Shown: positions 40,054 to 53,966 of the stretch, piece after piece
Layout of the letters: the number at the start of each line of letters is the position of its first letter
Numbering within the stretch: position 1 is the stretch's first letter
Source: Octopus vulgaris
Taxonomy: Eukaryota
Length of the DNA: 64,000 nt
Direction of reading: 5' to 3'
Assembly (NCBI GenBank): GCA_951406725.2
Contig: OX597816.1
Span: 50,530,001-50,594,000, forward strand
The notes under the pieces: model-generated
The model's input: only the letters and a program-made list of their open reading frames with translations
The model's database searches: none
Told to the model about the DNA's origin: nothing
Program-made: the position numbers and the translations under genes

Positions 40054-41258
40054 TACAGAAGATGGACGAAAATACCTACCACCATAACGTCATAATTTTG
40101 AAATATCTATAAAATCGTCAAAAGCTTCTTTATTTTTATGTTTTTTAAAATCATTATTAGTATTGTTTCATATGTTTTGCTAAAATTGCTGTTCCTTTTC
40201 GGATATCATCGAAAAAAGGTAATTAAATTAATTAAAATGACATTCAATTAATTCAACGAGAGCAAATTGTTGGTGCTCGTATGGCAGGTGCTAGCGTAAT
40301 GAAAACAGCCGAAATGCTTGATGAATCAAGAAGTACTGTATCGAAAATAATGAGAGCCTTTGAGAAAGAGCGAAAAAACTTCGTTGTCGAAACAAACCTC
40401 TGGAAGAAAACCAAAATTTTCAGATATGCCCGTCGGACTCTTTCGCGAATTGTTAGAGAGATCGCAAAAGTACATCTCTCAAAATTACTGCAGGGCTTAA
40501 TGACCACCTGGAGAACCCAATTTTCACAAAAACTGTTCGCCAGGAGCTGAAAAATCCGAATTTCATAGAAGGGCTGCAATCAGAAAACGACTACTTTTAA
40601 AAACAAACGTGGGAATGCGTTTAGAGCGGTGTAAAAACCTACAGAATTGGTCGCTAGAGCAGTGGAAGAATTGGACGAATCATCCTTTACCTTATTTCCG
40701 GACCCAAGCAGCCTTATTCCAGGTGTTAAACATGAAGGAGGATCTGTGATGATCTGGTGGCTATATCTTGGAAATCCGCCGGCCCAATGATTTCCCTTCA
40801 TGCCAGAATTAATAGTCAAGGCTATTTAAGGATTTTATCTGCTCAAATTCATCCTACGGTTTTGGATCAGTTTCCGGGGTGGGGATGGGGGGGACACAAT
40901 CCTTCAGGTTCGTAATGCACCAATTCACATAGCTAAAGTTGTTACTGAATGGCATGAGGAACATTCTGGTAAAGTTGAACATATTATCTGGCCACCACAG
41001 TCCCCAGATCTCAATATTATTGAACATATATGGTGCATTTTAAAAACAAGTAAGGAGTCGATATCCTCCACCATCATCGTTACAAGAACTGAAAAATGTC
41101 TTAGCTGAAGAATAGACAAAACGTCTTTTGAAAACAATTCAAACTTTGTACCAGTCGTAGACTCCAAGGTATAATTATTACCAAAGGCGGCCCTACATCA
41201 TATGAAAATAGATTTGTTTGAAATTTTAAAGTGTTTCCATATTTTATCCAACCCTTGA
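40054..41258 (+). mobile_element. Decayed Tc1-like (DD34E) transposon
   Basis: HTH ORF 40281-40550 (GASVMKTAEML..SRSTVSKIM); VKHEGGSVMIW at about 40725; WPPQSPDLNIIEHIW at about 40990; degenerate TIRs. Confidence 0.85.
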
Positions 41259-41693
41259 GTCATTAATTATGCTATGTTAGCAATCGATTGCAGTTAAAAA
41301 TTAAGAAACATTGAGTGGCCCCTTGAATAACGAAGGAATTGATCCTTAAATGCATACGTTTCAACAGCAAGTTTCCTTTTAAGCAACACATTGAATATGT
41401 TTCAAGGGGTAATAATAATTAAAACAATGAATATGCTAAATAGCAATATTGATAATTCTTGCTAAAATTAGATTTAAACGAAAGTGTGTATATGTATATA
41501 AGTATCTATCTATTTACCTATATATACACACACACATTCATACATACATTCATACATATATACATACGTTCATGTATACATACATATAAATATTTTATGC
41601 AGCATAGAAGATACGTGGGTACAGTCATGACTATTTTTTAAGATGTAGTTATCACCGGTAAAATAAAGGGATAAATATCTCTCTCTCTCTCTT

Positions 41694-41733
<40 letters not shown>

Positions 41734-42974
41734 CATATAGATATATAGATATATATATATATATGTATATATATCGTAACATTCTAGTATATATTAGAAT
41801 TTGCAAGAAGCATTAAGAAGCACTTTCCTAAAGACTTTTCTTCGGTGAACAAAAAAAAGGTGATCTGAATTGAAGCTTCATGGAGTTGATACTAAAATGA
41901 CAGACAAAAAAATAGAGTAAATACAAAAATACCATGTCATGAACTTCTGCGGATTTCAAATCGCACAATATTTGTCATATCTTCAATTGTAATAGAAACG
42001 TCAATGACAGGCGTAACAAGTTTAAACGGCTGCATAAAGCACCCAGATGTTGAGGTGATTTTTCTGACTTAAGGGAAATTTCACTTTGCTTGGCAAGAAA
42101 CAAGAACCAGACAGTGACATATACTTAATGTTGTGGGATGAGGCCTTATACCTAGCAAACCAATATAGACAGAACAATATCAAAATACTGAATGAACGAA
42201 GGGAATAACACCACCACCAACAACAACAATGCCGATAATAATAACTGAGGCTAAAATAGTAAAATAAGAAATGACACTTGCATAATGTACTTGTATTGAA
42301 TGTTAACAACCTTTCAACTTGCCAGAAAAGACTACAGAATCTACTTAATAGCAATCGCTAAGTGAAACCAATACTGTATTAAAATATGCAGAAATATCAT
42401 TGTGCACTTGTCACCGGGACGATGGCTTGTAATTACGATGCAAATAGAATGCAGCTGATATTGTTAATGATGATGGTGATGAATATGACGATGAGGATGA
42501 TGGCAATAACGTTGATGATGATGATGATGATGATAATGATGATGATGAAGGAGACGACTAAAAATACGACGATGGATGGTGGTAACGGCAACCGCGATTA
42601 TTATAGTACATCGAGGCCTTCCTTTATTGGTAATGAAATACAACACAAAGAGAAGCGTGGCATATACGTATGCGTGTTCCTACGTACGTATGCATTCATA
42701 TTATATATATGTATATATATGTATACATATCTAAATATATAAAGATATATATATATATATATAAATATATAAAGATATATATATATTTATTCATAGATAT
42801 ATATATGTATATACATATATATACATATGTACGTATATATACACACACGCCTACACATACAAACACGCACAACACACATATGCACACACATACGCCCACA
42901 CACACATACATAAACACACACACACATACACATATATATATATATCTTAGCGTAGATATATTTATATATGCGTA

Positions 42975-43026
<52 letters not shown>

Positions 43027-43061
43027 TATATTTATATATACACATATACATATGATGTATA

Positions 43062-43135
<74 letters not shown>

Positions 43136-43601
43136 GATAGATAAATCGACAGACAGCCACTTAGATGCATTTACACAGTCGGTGAGGTGAGGGAGACGCA
43201 ATAAAACTGATTAGGAAAACAGGACGGAAAGATAAATTGATAAAAATAGAATCAGGTGAGAGGTGTGGACAAGAAAGAAAAGCGGACAGATAAGGAGAGT
43301 CAAACGGTCGGTGTGGGGATATTGTCAAATACGCAAGGTAATAAAAGTTTCCTGGAAAAAGACAAATGATCCCGTTATTACAAAACGGCATTTATTCGAA
43401 AGGACTCATAAAGGATTTTATTGGCTTTGTCAATATTTATTTCAGCAAGAGCGTACTAAAGGGCGGCCCACCATTCCCCTCAGGTACCGCATTCAATGTA
43501 CTTCGTTATATCAAATGTTTTCCATATATAAATTCAGTATTTCTCACGCCTCCCCCATTATCGCTTTTACACTGCAGATATTATTGCGGCAATTCATATT
43601 A

Positions 43602-44003
43602 TTGGTTTCGAATTTTGGCACAAATTCCAGCAAGTTTGAGGGAGTTTTAAGTCGATTCCATCGATACCAATGTTGAAATGGTATCTATTTTATCGATCTC
43701 CAAAATGATGAAAGGCAAAGTCGACCTCGTCGATATCTAAACTCGGAACATAATGACGGACGAAATACCTATTTCTTTATTACCCACAAGGGGCTAAACA
43801 TAGAGGGGACAAACAAGGACAGACATAGGTATTAAGTCGATTACATCGATCCCAGTGCGTAACTGGTACTTTAATTTATCGACCCCGAAAGGATGAAATG
43901 CAAAGTCGACCTCGGTGGAATTTGAACTCAGAACGTAACGGCAGACGAAATACCTCTAAGCATTTTGCCCGGAGTGGTAACGTTTCTACTAGTTCACAGC
44001 CTT
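43602..44003 (-). mobile_element. SINE family B: old head and body with a young 185-nt module
   Basis: Module 43770-43954 is close to the other modules; head 43955-44003 and distal unit 43602-43769 are heavily diverged. Confidence 0.85.
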
Positions 44004-44574
44004 AAACACAATTCAGTCACAGGGTCTGGCAGTTTCCACAGCAACTGTCTTCAAAGTCTGTCAATATCAATATGCATTTCCTCTTCACAGGGAAAATCAT
44101 TTCTTCTGCAAGAATTCACTAGATTCCGCTTCTATATTGGGAAATTTTCTCTCTCAGTTGTCATCCCGGAAGCAATCGCTCGCATAAATATACCGTCCGA
44201 TTTCACTAACCTTCCGTATCATTATATTATCAAATAGGTAAGTGAAACCATAATATAACCGTATCTTAGAGAAAAATAGTCTCCAAAAGAGCAAGGCTTT
44301 TGCAGCGGCAGAGAACTCTTACATGGCATGCTTATTTCTCTAGCAAAAGTCTCCACACATTTGTTTAATTTATCATAAATCAATTTTAAAAACTAACTAC
44401 AGAGATGACCACAGCATTCTACAAATGAACTTAATCAGCTTGGGAGTCATTTGAGAGCTACTGCGACGTATCTGTTTGCGTGATATACAGAACCGTAAGT
44501 GAATGAAAGCATAGAATTTACTCAGGAACATGAACAACTAATTCTGGGCCTCATTCTATTGAGTTTCGTAAATA

Positions 44575-44782
44575 TGTTTGTGCCTATGTTTGTCCCCCAC
44601 CATCGCTTGACAACTCGTGTTGGTGTGTATACGTTCCAATAACTTATCAGTTCGGCAAATGTCGCTGGCATATTACGTATCAAGCTTGGAGAATTAAATA
44701 GTGGCGCCGTTGCGTTCGACTAAAATTTTCGAAGGCGGTGCCCCAGCATGGTCGCAATGTAAGTGACAGAAACAAGTAAAGG
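44575..44782 (+). mobile_element. 3' half of a SINE family A relative
   Basis: TTTGTCCCCCACCATCGCTTGACAAC...GGCGGTGCCCCAGCATGGTCGC...GAAACAAGTAAAGG followed by (TA)n. Confidence 0.75.
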
Positions 44783-44865
<83 letters not shown>

Positions 44866-44875
44866 AAAATGTTCC

Positions 44876-45097
44876 TTTTCTCGAGCCATGCCGGTTTCAG
44901 TGGCGTAAACGTTCCCCACCTGGACAGGACGCTGGTCCGTCGCATGATTACCCATTTTTGCCACCTGAGTGGACTGGAGCAACGGGAAAATGAAGGGTTT
45001 TGCTCATGAAAACAACGCATCGTCCGGTCCAGGAATCGAAACGACAACCTTACGCTCTTGAGTACAACACCCTAACCACTAAGCCACTCGCCTCCAC
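44876..45097 (-). mobile_element. SINE family C variant (same head and core, different tail)
   Basis: A box TGGCTTAGTGG; core CATTTTTGCCA.CTGAGTG.ACTGGAGCAACG shared with 32229-32260; 3' part unrelated. Confidence 0.75.
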
Positions 45098-45126
45098 ACA
45101 CACATATACATACACACACGCACACA

Positions 45127-45170
<44 letters not shown>

Positions 45171-45173
<3 letters not shown>

Positions 45174-45212
45174 TTAAAATCCTTAAAGTCCTTAAAATGT
45201 TTTAGACCGAGG
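45171..45212 (-). mobile_element. 42-bp 3' tip of a relative of the CR1-group LINE
   Basis: Minus strand CCTCGGTCTAAAACATTTTAAGGACTTTAAGGATTTTAAGGA then (TA)n; matches 38467-38503. Confidence 0.7.
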
Positions 45213-46820
45213 TACTTGTGCATGTGAGTGTATGCACATGCGACTATGTAAGTTTTATTTTTTACATGGATCATTTTGTCAAGAACTTTGATCTTTTGGC
45301 TGAAGAGCCTTCATGAAAGTATTATTGTTCAAGTCCAGTGAAGTATATATTTGCAGTGGTGTGTTACAAGTAAATATATATTGAGTGACATGTAGCTTAG
45401 TTTCACCTTCTTGAAGATATTCGTATGGCTAATGAAGAAACTTTATATATAATATGGCTCCCTGGTATTTTAGTGATCTTACAAAAATGTTTATAGTTGG
45501 TAATGGTTGTATTTGTAACAGGGCATAGATCAAGGTGAAGCCGAAGCTAATGCTGGCGTTGGGAGATCTCTTGCGAGTAATTTTTCAACTTGAATGATTA
45601 TAAAAAGGGAGAAATGTTACTTTAAAGGAATTATTGTGTTCCTATAAAATATTTATAAGATTATTCTATTAGTTCCTTCCCCACCCGCTGATACACACAA
45701 ACACACATATATATGTATATCGAATGAAAGGGGAGCATATGTTTGTTTGTAGCTGCACATGTATACATACATATCATAGAAACCTGAACAAATTGAGTAT
45801 GATGATGCATATTTCCTTAAATATATATTTCTTTCAATATTTGAATTCTCTTCTCACACTCTTTCAACTTTGTTTCCATATCAACCTTCAAACATTCACA
45901 CTTATCCATCTAATTCGAACAATTCTCACTCTCTCCCTATATCTTCTGTTTCTTGCATGTCTACAAATTTCATCTTCTCTCTTCTCTCTTCTCTCTGGCT
46001 GCTTCTCGACATTTCACATCTAGTTTACTTTTTTTTTTTGGCTTTAGCTTTATACATCTTACGAACATCTTTATATCATCTTTATATGCATATTACTTTA
46101 TATTGACTTTATAGCTATTATTGAAGTATTTCTCGCTACAAATCTCCTTTGATCACTGCATCCCTCTCTCAAATTACTAAAGTTTCACCGAGTACCAATC
46201 CAGCTTCGTTTATCATAGTGCTATACAACAATATTTCTCTCTACCTCTTTCTATAACTTCCTCTCTCGCTTTCTATAATGAGGGAGAGATACAGAGGAAC
46301 ACAGAGCACGCACAATTCTACACACACATCCATACGCATGCACACATACTTACACACACACGCGCATAATCACCTTTTATTTTAGATATAAATCTCTATC
46401 ATACGATTGACCCCATTAATATTGATTGTTATATACAAAGCTTTCATCTCCCAAATCAATCAAAACACACGTGTTACACACACACACGTACATACATACA
46501 TACATACACACATACATGCATACATACATACATACATACATACATACATACATACATACATACATACATACATACATACATACATACATGATTAAGAGCA
46601 GCACCTTTTGAGCATCGCAAAAAAAAAAAGATCTGTGTAGTAGTATATATGTCTCATAATAGTCGAAATCCGTAAGCCGACTAGTACTCTTCTCTTTGTG
46701 GGTCGAAAAATGTGACTTCCAGTGTTTAATTAATGAGATGTAATCCAATCAGGACATCGACTAGTAACAGAGACCGTACAACAGCTGAAATAGTAGCACA
46801 CCCAGCAATATATGTACAGT

Positions 46821-47044
46821 TATGAAAGCGGGCACTGCATAGTTCCTGGCTTTGAATAAAAGAAAATATAGGAGGATCAATTAATTATGATTTTACTCAA
46901 CATATCCCATTCTTAGATTTACACATTTATTGCAGCTGTCTTTCAGTTTTTCTAAGCCCTGTAAAAGAAGTAGGATAATTTGAGCTTCTAACAAGTTCTT
47001 TAGCGATACCCTTAAAGCCAGAATCTTTTCAGCAACCCCTCGTG
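46821..47044. mobile_element. Probable mariner-type MITE
   Basis: Degenerate inverted ends GGGCACTGCATAGTTCCTGGCTTT / AAAGCCAGAATCTTTTCAGCAACCCCTCGT. Confidence 0.45.
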
Positions 47045-47272
47045 CACATCTTGTCGTCACTATTTTCACACATTCTCTGTCAAATTCTCAGTAAAGTCAA
47101 CGTTCAGCTCCCAGAAGAATCGTGGGTTAACTTCATCCAAATCCGTTTATCAAGATACTGACAAGGGTTGAGTAAGTTGAAAGTGACCTCTATAGGTTAC
47201 TAAAAATTATATGCTATTGGTCTATTCAAGTGAACGAAGAAAGAGGACAGAAGTGATATTTCTATATTTATC

Positions 47273-47322
<50 letters not shown>

Positions 47323-47340
47323 TTCTCTCGCTATTCTCTC

Positions 47341-47372
<32 letters not shown>

Positions 47373-47373
47373 C

Positions 47374-47495
<122 letters not shown>

Positions 47496-47504
47496 CACAT
47501 ATGT

Positions 47505-47707
47505 TCTAACTCTTTTATTTGTTTCATTCATAAGAGAGAAGTCATGTTGCAGGGCAGTTGGACACCTTGAATTGTTTTCTGTTGAATAAAACCTGATCTA
47601 TACTCTATCAGCCACTTAGCTGAACCGCTAATTTTACGGCAACGTCACACACTAACGCTGGTTAATCAAGTGTTGGTGGGAGACAAACACAGACACAAAC
47701 ACACACA

Positions 47708-47770
<63 letters not shown>

Positions 47771-47900
47771 AAACATATATACGACGGGCGCCTTTCAGTT
47801 TCCGTCTACCTAATCCATTCACAAGGTTTCGATCGGCCTGAGGATTTACACAAATCAGGAACCATATGACCGTTAAGCAGACTTCTTAACACACAACCAC
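47505..47900 (-). mobile_element. SINE family A, diverged
   Basis: GACAAACACAGACAC(AC)n...ACGACGGG...TTTCAGTTTCCGTCTACC. Confidence 0.75.
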
Positions 47901-48478
47901 ATATGTAACCCAGTTTTCGATTCCCTTTCTCTGATATAATAACCATCGCTCTGTCTTGGAATTGATTCAGTAATATAAACGCATTTGCTTTTTCTATAAC
48001 AGCACATGCATACAGGCATGTCTACATATACATCGTCTATATATATTGATGTGTGTGAGTGTTTGTATAATATGTACTGAGAGATTGCGAAAGAGAGTTT
48101 CAGAGAAACAGAGTGAGAGATGTACAGAGAAGGAATACATGTACGTTAAAAAGAATCGTTAGCATATTACATAAATACTATTGATTTCTTTCTGGATGGA
48201 TGCGGTTGTAAAAAAAAAAAAAATGATATGAAGTAATAAAATCGATTCAGTCCAACGTAATACTATTACTTACATTGTCGTTCCGCGGAGATTTGAAAAC
48301 ACAAAGATGCAGAGAATAGAGTAAAAGTTTTAGTGCATTTACATTTCGCAAGACCATTTCTGCAATATACGCCATTCGTTGTATTATTTATTTATTCATT
48401 TTTGTGTTTAAAATTTTTTTCCCTGCTATTGTTATTAAATTTACACTCGCCCTCATCCACTGGTATCATTATTATTTC

Positions 48479-48534
<56 letters not shown>

Positions 48535-48570
48535 TAATAATAATAATTATTATCATTATTATTATTATTA

Positions 48571-48601
<31 letters not shown>

Positions 48602-48620
48602 CATTATTATTATTATTATT

Positions 48621-48971
48621 ATTCAGTAGTTTTATTTTTATTTTTATAGCGTGCTTTCACTTCACTACCGAGCGCGCTCTGTTGCCTTGGGTATGTGCTG
48701 TGATTTGTTGTGATGCTCTGATGGTTATTGTATGGAAAGTGTTCTGCGTAGGATGTGGGCAGTGCCTAGTAGTGCAATTATGTTATATGTGTTTGTAAGT
48801 CCTGGTGTTTTTGTTATGTATTTGTCTGAATATTTTTTTATCATGCCTAATGCACCTACTATGATAGGAATTGTTTCTGTTTTCAGATTCCATTCTAGTT
48901 ACCTCTATTTCCAGGTCTTTGTATTTTGAGAGTTTCTCCATTTCTTTTAGAGACACGTTGTCATCTGCCGG
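48621..48971 (-). mobile_element. Second 3' fragment of the same Dong/R4 family, in (TTA)n
   Basis: Reverse complement of 16641-16936 extended upstream (PADDNVSLKEMEKLSKYKDLEIEV); trinucleotide repeats on both sides. Confidence 0.88.
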
Positions 48972-48996
48972 TTATTATTATCATTATTATTATTAC

Positions 48997-49108
<112 letters not shown>

Positions 49109-49443
49109 TCCTCTCAAATTATTATTATTATTATTTCCCTTCAAATTATTATTATTATAATTTCGTTTCAAATTCCGCCGAGGTCGACGTTGTCTTTCAT
49201 CCTTTCGCAGTTGGTAAAATAATTAACGAGAAGGTGCCGGGGTCAATGCATTATACTTGGCTCCTCCCCGCTAAATTCGTGGCTTTGTAATAAAATTTGA
49301 AACCAATATTATTATTTTTAAAACACCGATTTTGTATTTAAACATGCTTCTACCGATTACATAAGGGGTAAAGTTTAAACCATCGCGTTACAGGAAAATT
49401 ATGGAGCATCTTCGTGGCTACTAGGCCAAATAAAAATAACGTA

Positions 49444-49617
49444 GCCGTAGGAGTGACTGTGTGGTAAGTAGCTTGCTTACAAACCACATGGTTCCGGGTT
49501 CTGTCGCACTGCATGACACCTTGTGCAAGTGTTTTTTTACTATAGCCTCGGGCCGACCAATGCCTTATGAGTGGATTTGCTAGACGGAAACTGAAACAAG
49601 CCCGTCGTGTGTGTATG

Positions 49618-49679
<62 letters not shown>

Positions 49680-49890
49680 TGTGGTGTCTGTGTTTGTCCC
49701 CCACCATCGCTTGATATCTGATGATGGCGTGTCTACGTCCCCGTAACCTAGCGGTTCTGCAAAAGAGACCGATAGATTAAGTACTAGACTTACAAAGAAT
49801 AAGTCCGGGGATCGATTTGTTCGACTAAAGGTGGTGCTCCAGCATGGCCGCAGTAAAATTACTGGAACAAATAAAAGAATAAGAGAAGAA
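49444..49890 (+). mobile_element. SINE family A
   Basis: Full head, body, microsatellite and tail. Confidence 0.9.
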
Positions 49891-50189
49891 AAGAATAAAG
49901 TCAAATCTATTTTAAGTCACTTCCTTCTTTCATAAATGAACAGGAATTAGTGTTACATTATAACTGACAATCTTACATTTAATGTATTTTTCGTCACCGA
50001 TTCCAGCAAGATATGTTGAAATATAGCTAAATGAATGCGATCCTGATGATCATTTTACATGATGTTAATCTATGCAGATATATGTCCACAAACACAAACG
50101 AGATTTCATCTTGTGATAGAAATTCTATGGGCTAAAAGAAAGCATATCGCTGTAGTATGTTTAAGTTCCCTAGACAATATTTAAAAAGG

Positions 50190-51028
50190 CAATATTTTTC
50201 GTAGGATAAGAGCATTTTCCATCAGTCCCATCTTTTGAATTTCTTCCTTTAGTTTTGATTTCCTGGTGTCCGGGATATGCTCCAACCAGCCGCTTTTGCT
50301 ATCATTCCTAGGGAAGCTATGTCATCAAGTATTGCTTAAGTTTTGTGGTTCCACATATTGCTAATCTCTATTTCAAGATCTTTGTACGTGCTCAGTTTTT
50401 GGCAGGTCTTGACATATATCTATGTTGACTAGGACAGCCATGGTGTTCGACTGAAATCCTTCAATACATTGTCTGGCCTATTTGCATCTATCTTTCTGAC
50501 AGTTTGAGCCGTAAAGTTCCAAAGGAGTGAAATGTGATCATTTTCATGCACTGGAGGCTGTTTATCTTCCCATCAGTTTTTATCAAGGGTCAGAACCAAG
50601 TCTTTAGGAATTACCTAGTGAATATACTGTGCTTCTGTATCATGCCTGTTGAGATACTCTGTCAGCGCAAGAGGGTTGCACATGGAGATAACACGAATGA
50701 GGTTTTCATTTTGTAGTTTACATCCACGATATGTTGCTCTACTGCCCTTTTTTAAGGCGTTGGCCTGGTAGCTCATTGTAGTTAGGCATTGATCTTGGAA
50801 TGCTAGGATAAACCCTTCAATGTCTAATTTGAAGCCAGAAGACACTAACCATTGATGGGTAAGGACCTAGTCTGCATCAACATTATTAGCTCTCTTTGGG
50901 CATTTTCTATTGAGAAAATTTTCTTGCCATTTATCAGTAAGAATATCTAAAGCAGCAGTTTTAGCAAGGGTTTTCATACGCTTAGATATTTTTCTGTGCT
51001 TCTTTCCGGAACGTCTAACTGTGGAATT
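50190..51028 (-). mobile_element. Older Dong/R4-clade LINE fragment (zinc knuckle + RLE)
   Basis: LDIEGFILAFQDQCLTT...ISMC..LA.TEYLNRHD; KLSTYKDLEIEISNMW. Confidence 0.8.
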
Positions 51029-51082
<54 letters not shown>

Positions 51083-51085
51083 AAC

Positions 51086-51123
<38 letters not shown>

Positions 51124-51164
51124 GAAGAAGAAGAAGATTAATAATAATAATAATAATAATAATA

Positions 51165-51812
51165 CCATTGCCTTTGCACAATTTCTAAAGCTGGAGATGT
51201 ACTACGATATCAGCTGTCCACTACTAGTGAATTAAGGTAACACCTCTTATTTTTCGAGGACCTTCCTCAATATTTGACCGGTTCCAAGCAGTGCTGTTTT
51301 CTGCACGTGCTCCACCCTTATTGCAGCTCGTATTTTTCCACGTACTTCTCGAGATTTTTACTCACTGTTACCAGGACTCCGACAATTATTGGTATCACTA
51401 CCACCTTTTCCATCGACCACAACTGCTTTAACTCCCAAGCTCACCTGTCATACCTATCGATTTTTTTCTTCCTTATCGCATACCTTGTTGTCTGCTGGGC
51501 ATGCTACATCTATGATCCAGCATAGTTTACCCATTTTCACAATTTTGACTTTGTCTGGCTTCCTGTTTCCTATCTCGTGGTCGCACTGAATCATAAACTC
51601 CCCTAGGATCTTTGCATTATCCTTTTCAACGATGCCTTCGGATTTGTGATCGTACCAATTTTTTTTTCTCTGTCAAGACCATAGTCGTTGCAAAGCGTGC
51701 AATAGACAAGCCTGGCTATATTGTCGTGACGTCTCTTATATTCCCTCTGGACTAGTGGAGTACATTGGCTGGTAATTTGCCATACGGTTTTCAGAAGGAG
51801 CTTCACCAATGA
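51165..51812 (-). mobile_element. Third Dong/R4-like family 3' fragment
   Basis: ITSQCTPLVQREYKRRHDNIARLV; RKPD; IPIIVGVL; VQKTALLGTGQILRKVL. Confidence 0.8.
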
Positions 51813-53384
51813 TTTTTGATCATATCAGTCTAAACAGCATAACAATATAACATAGTTGATTTCAATTTTTGGCAAGAACGCCAGGCATTTTGAGTGTAGG
51901 AACCATCTCGATTACACTGACAAAGCGCTGGAACGTTACATTATGTTATCGACCAAGAAACGTTGAAAAGCAAAATTGATCTCACCGGCATTTGAACTCA
52001 GAATACAATGAGCCGGAAGAAATTACGCTATGCATTTTTCCGAAGCTGTAACGATTCTGCTGGCTCACCGCTTAAGGAAAGCTCAGCACGATAATATAGC
52101 TAATTTGTTTGTAGAACAAGGGGAATTAGGTGATAAGGCGTTACATACAACAACATAAATTAATTAACAAATAGATAGGACATCGGATGAAATGGCAAAT
52201 ACACAAAAACAGTTTTGGCGTTTGTGGATATTAAAAGAAAACAACAATTTATGAAGTAAACCGGACGAAGCCTTTAAAGAGCAAGATATTTATGACGTAA
52301 TCGACAGACAGATGCAACAGATGTATTGAAGCAGGGCATAGCTTACACAAACCACGATGTGGTTACGTGAACCATAAGCACAAACAAAAGCACATACTGA
52401 ATTAGCCATTGAAAAACGATATACGGATTAAAAATCAACTGAGGCAAAAATGAACGAATGGAAAATTATAACAAACGGAGAAAGTGATTTAATAGGAAAT
52501 TAAAACCATTCGACTTAAAATGATAGACAAAAGAATGAACCCATTCTACGGTATACAATATTAGACAGTTTTCTTCTGAATATGACAGTAGCATGGGACA
52601 TGCCATTCGAAGAAACAGTAATTCATTTGATATTCATAAAATAACTAGCACAATACAGAATGTATTCCCTAAAGGCTTCGTCCAGAAAATGTAATTGCTA
52701 AGTGTAAAAATATATAACAATATGCGTGCTTGCATGTTTGCGTTGTTCAGTGTATATGCATATATACAAGTGAGTACATGTAAACTTAGACATTCGTTTG
52801 TATATTATTAGTAAACATCTGCGTTGTTAAACCGTAAGGTCATCTGACTGAAAGAAGAATCTTACGGTCTCACCAAAATGTCTACTTGTTTCTATAAATA
52901 TTAAAGGTAACTTTCCTTTAAGTGCAGACATATAAGCCTACTTTACATTTTACAGAGTAGTCACATGCTTATACACACACAAAGACATACATACACATAC
53001 ACACTCTTTTGCTCGTTTCAACCATAGAGTTGCGTTCATGCCGGAGCATGAAGTCCGTTAGAAAATATCTTATCTTCTCGAGATAGAAGCAGTATACGAA
53101 CCAAAAATTAGTGTTTATCTACCTTAACGTGGGTGTCCTCTAGGTACCGACGATACTATTAGTCTAACCCTAGGAAGACATCTCTTCCAGCTGGTTATGC
53201 AGTGCGCTTTTGCATTCAACATTCATTGCCAGCAAGAGAGAAAACTTGACACCGTAGCTCTAACACTACCAGATCACGTGTTTTCGATCTTACATTTTCG
53301 GTGTTAAAAAAAGTATCGTCGACTCTTAGACAACATCCACGTTAAAGTGGCGATAAACACTACATATACAAGTAAACATTCTTT

Positions 53385-53538
53385 ATTCTCTCTCCTTGTT
53401 TCTTTCTGTTTTCTTTTCTGCGGAAGAGCGTAAGCTCGAAACGTTAAAGACTTTTTCACTTCCTGAGCTTTATACTAATACACCTCTTTGTTTTGTACAC
53501 CACCTGTCTTCGTCTTTTGTTTATTTTTGTGAATTCTG

Positions 53539-53542
<4 letters not shown>
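53385..53542 (+). mobile_element. Penelope-like terminal-repeat fragment with hammerhead-like motif
   Basis: CTGCGGA-A-GAGC-GTAA-GCTC-GAAAC-GTT at 53418-53445; pyrimidine-rich; ends in (TA)n. Confidence 0.55.
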
Positions 53543-53596
<54 letters not shown>

Positions 53597-53966
53597 TAAA
53601 TATACGCTTGTGTAATAATTAGCGCACATATATATGCGTGTGTTGCATGTGCATCAGTGTTTTAGTTGTGCACATATATTCATCTATTTATGTTTACACT
53701 ATATATAGATATATGTGTGCATCCGCGACTAATCGTTTTCCGTTAGAAACTACTAGATGGTCATTATATCTGTATTTTACTTGCTTGTCTAATGTTTACG
53801 CTCGTATGTGCATGCGTATAAAAGCATGTGCTTGTGTGACCGTGTATGAGTGGTTAGTGTGTATATTATATACATGTGCGTGTATGTAAGTGTATGTACA
53901 TGTGGGTATCTATGTTTGTATATGTGTACGTGTATGCACACATATTTACGTATATTTAGGTACCTA

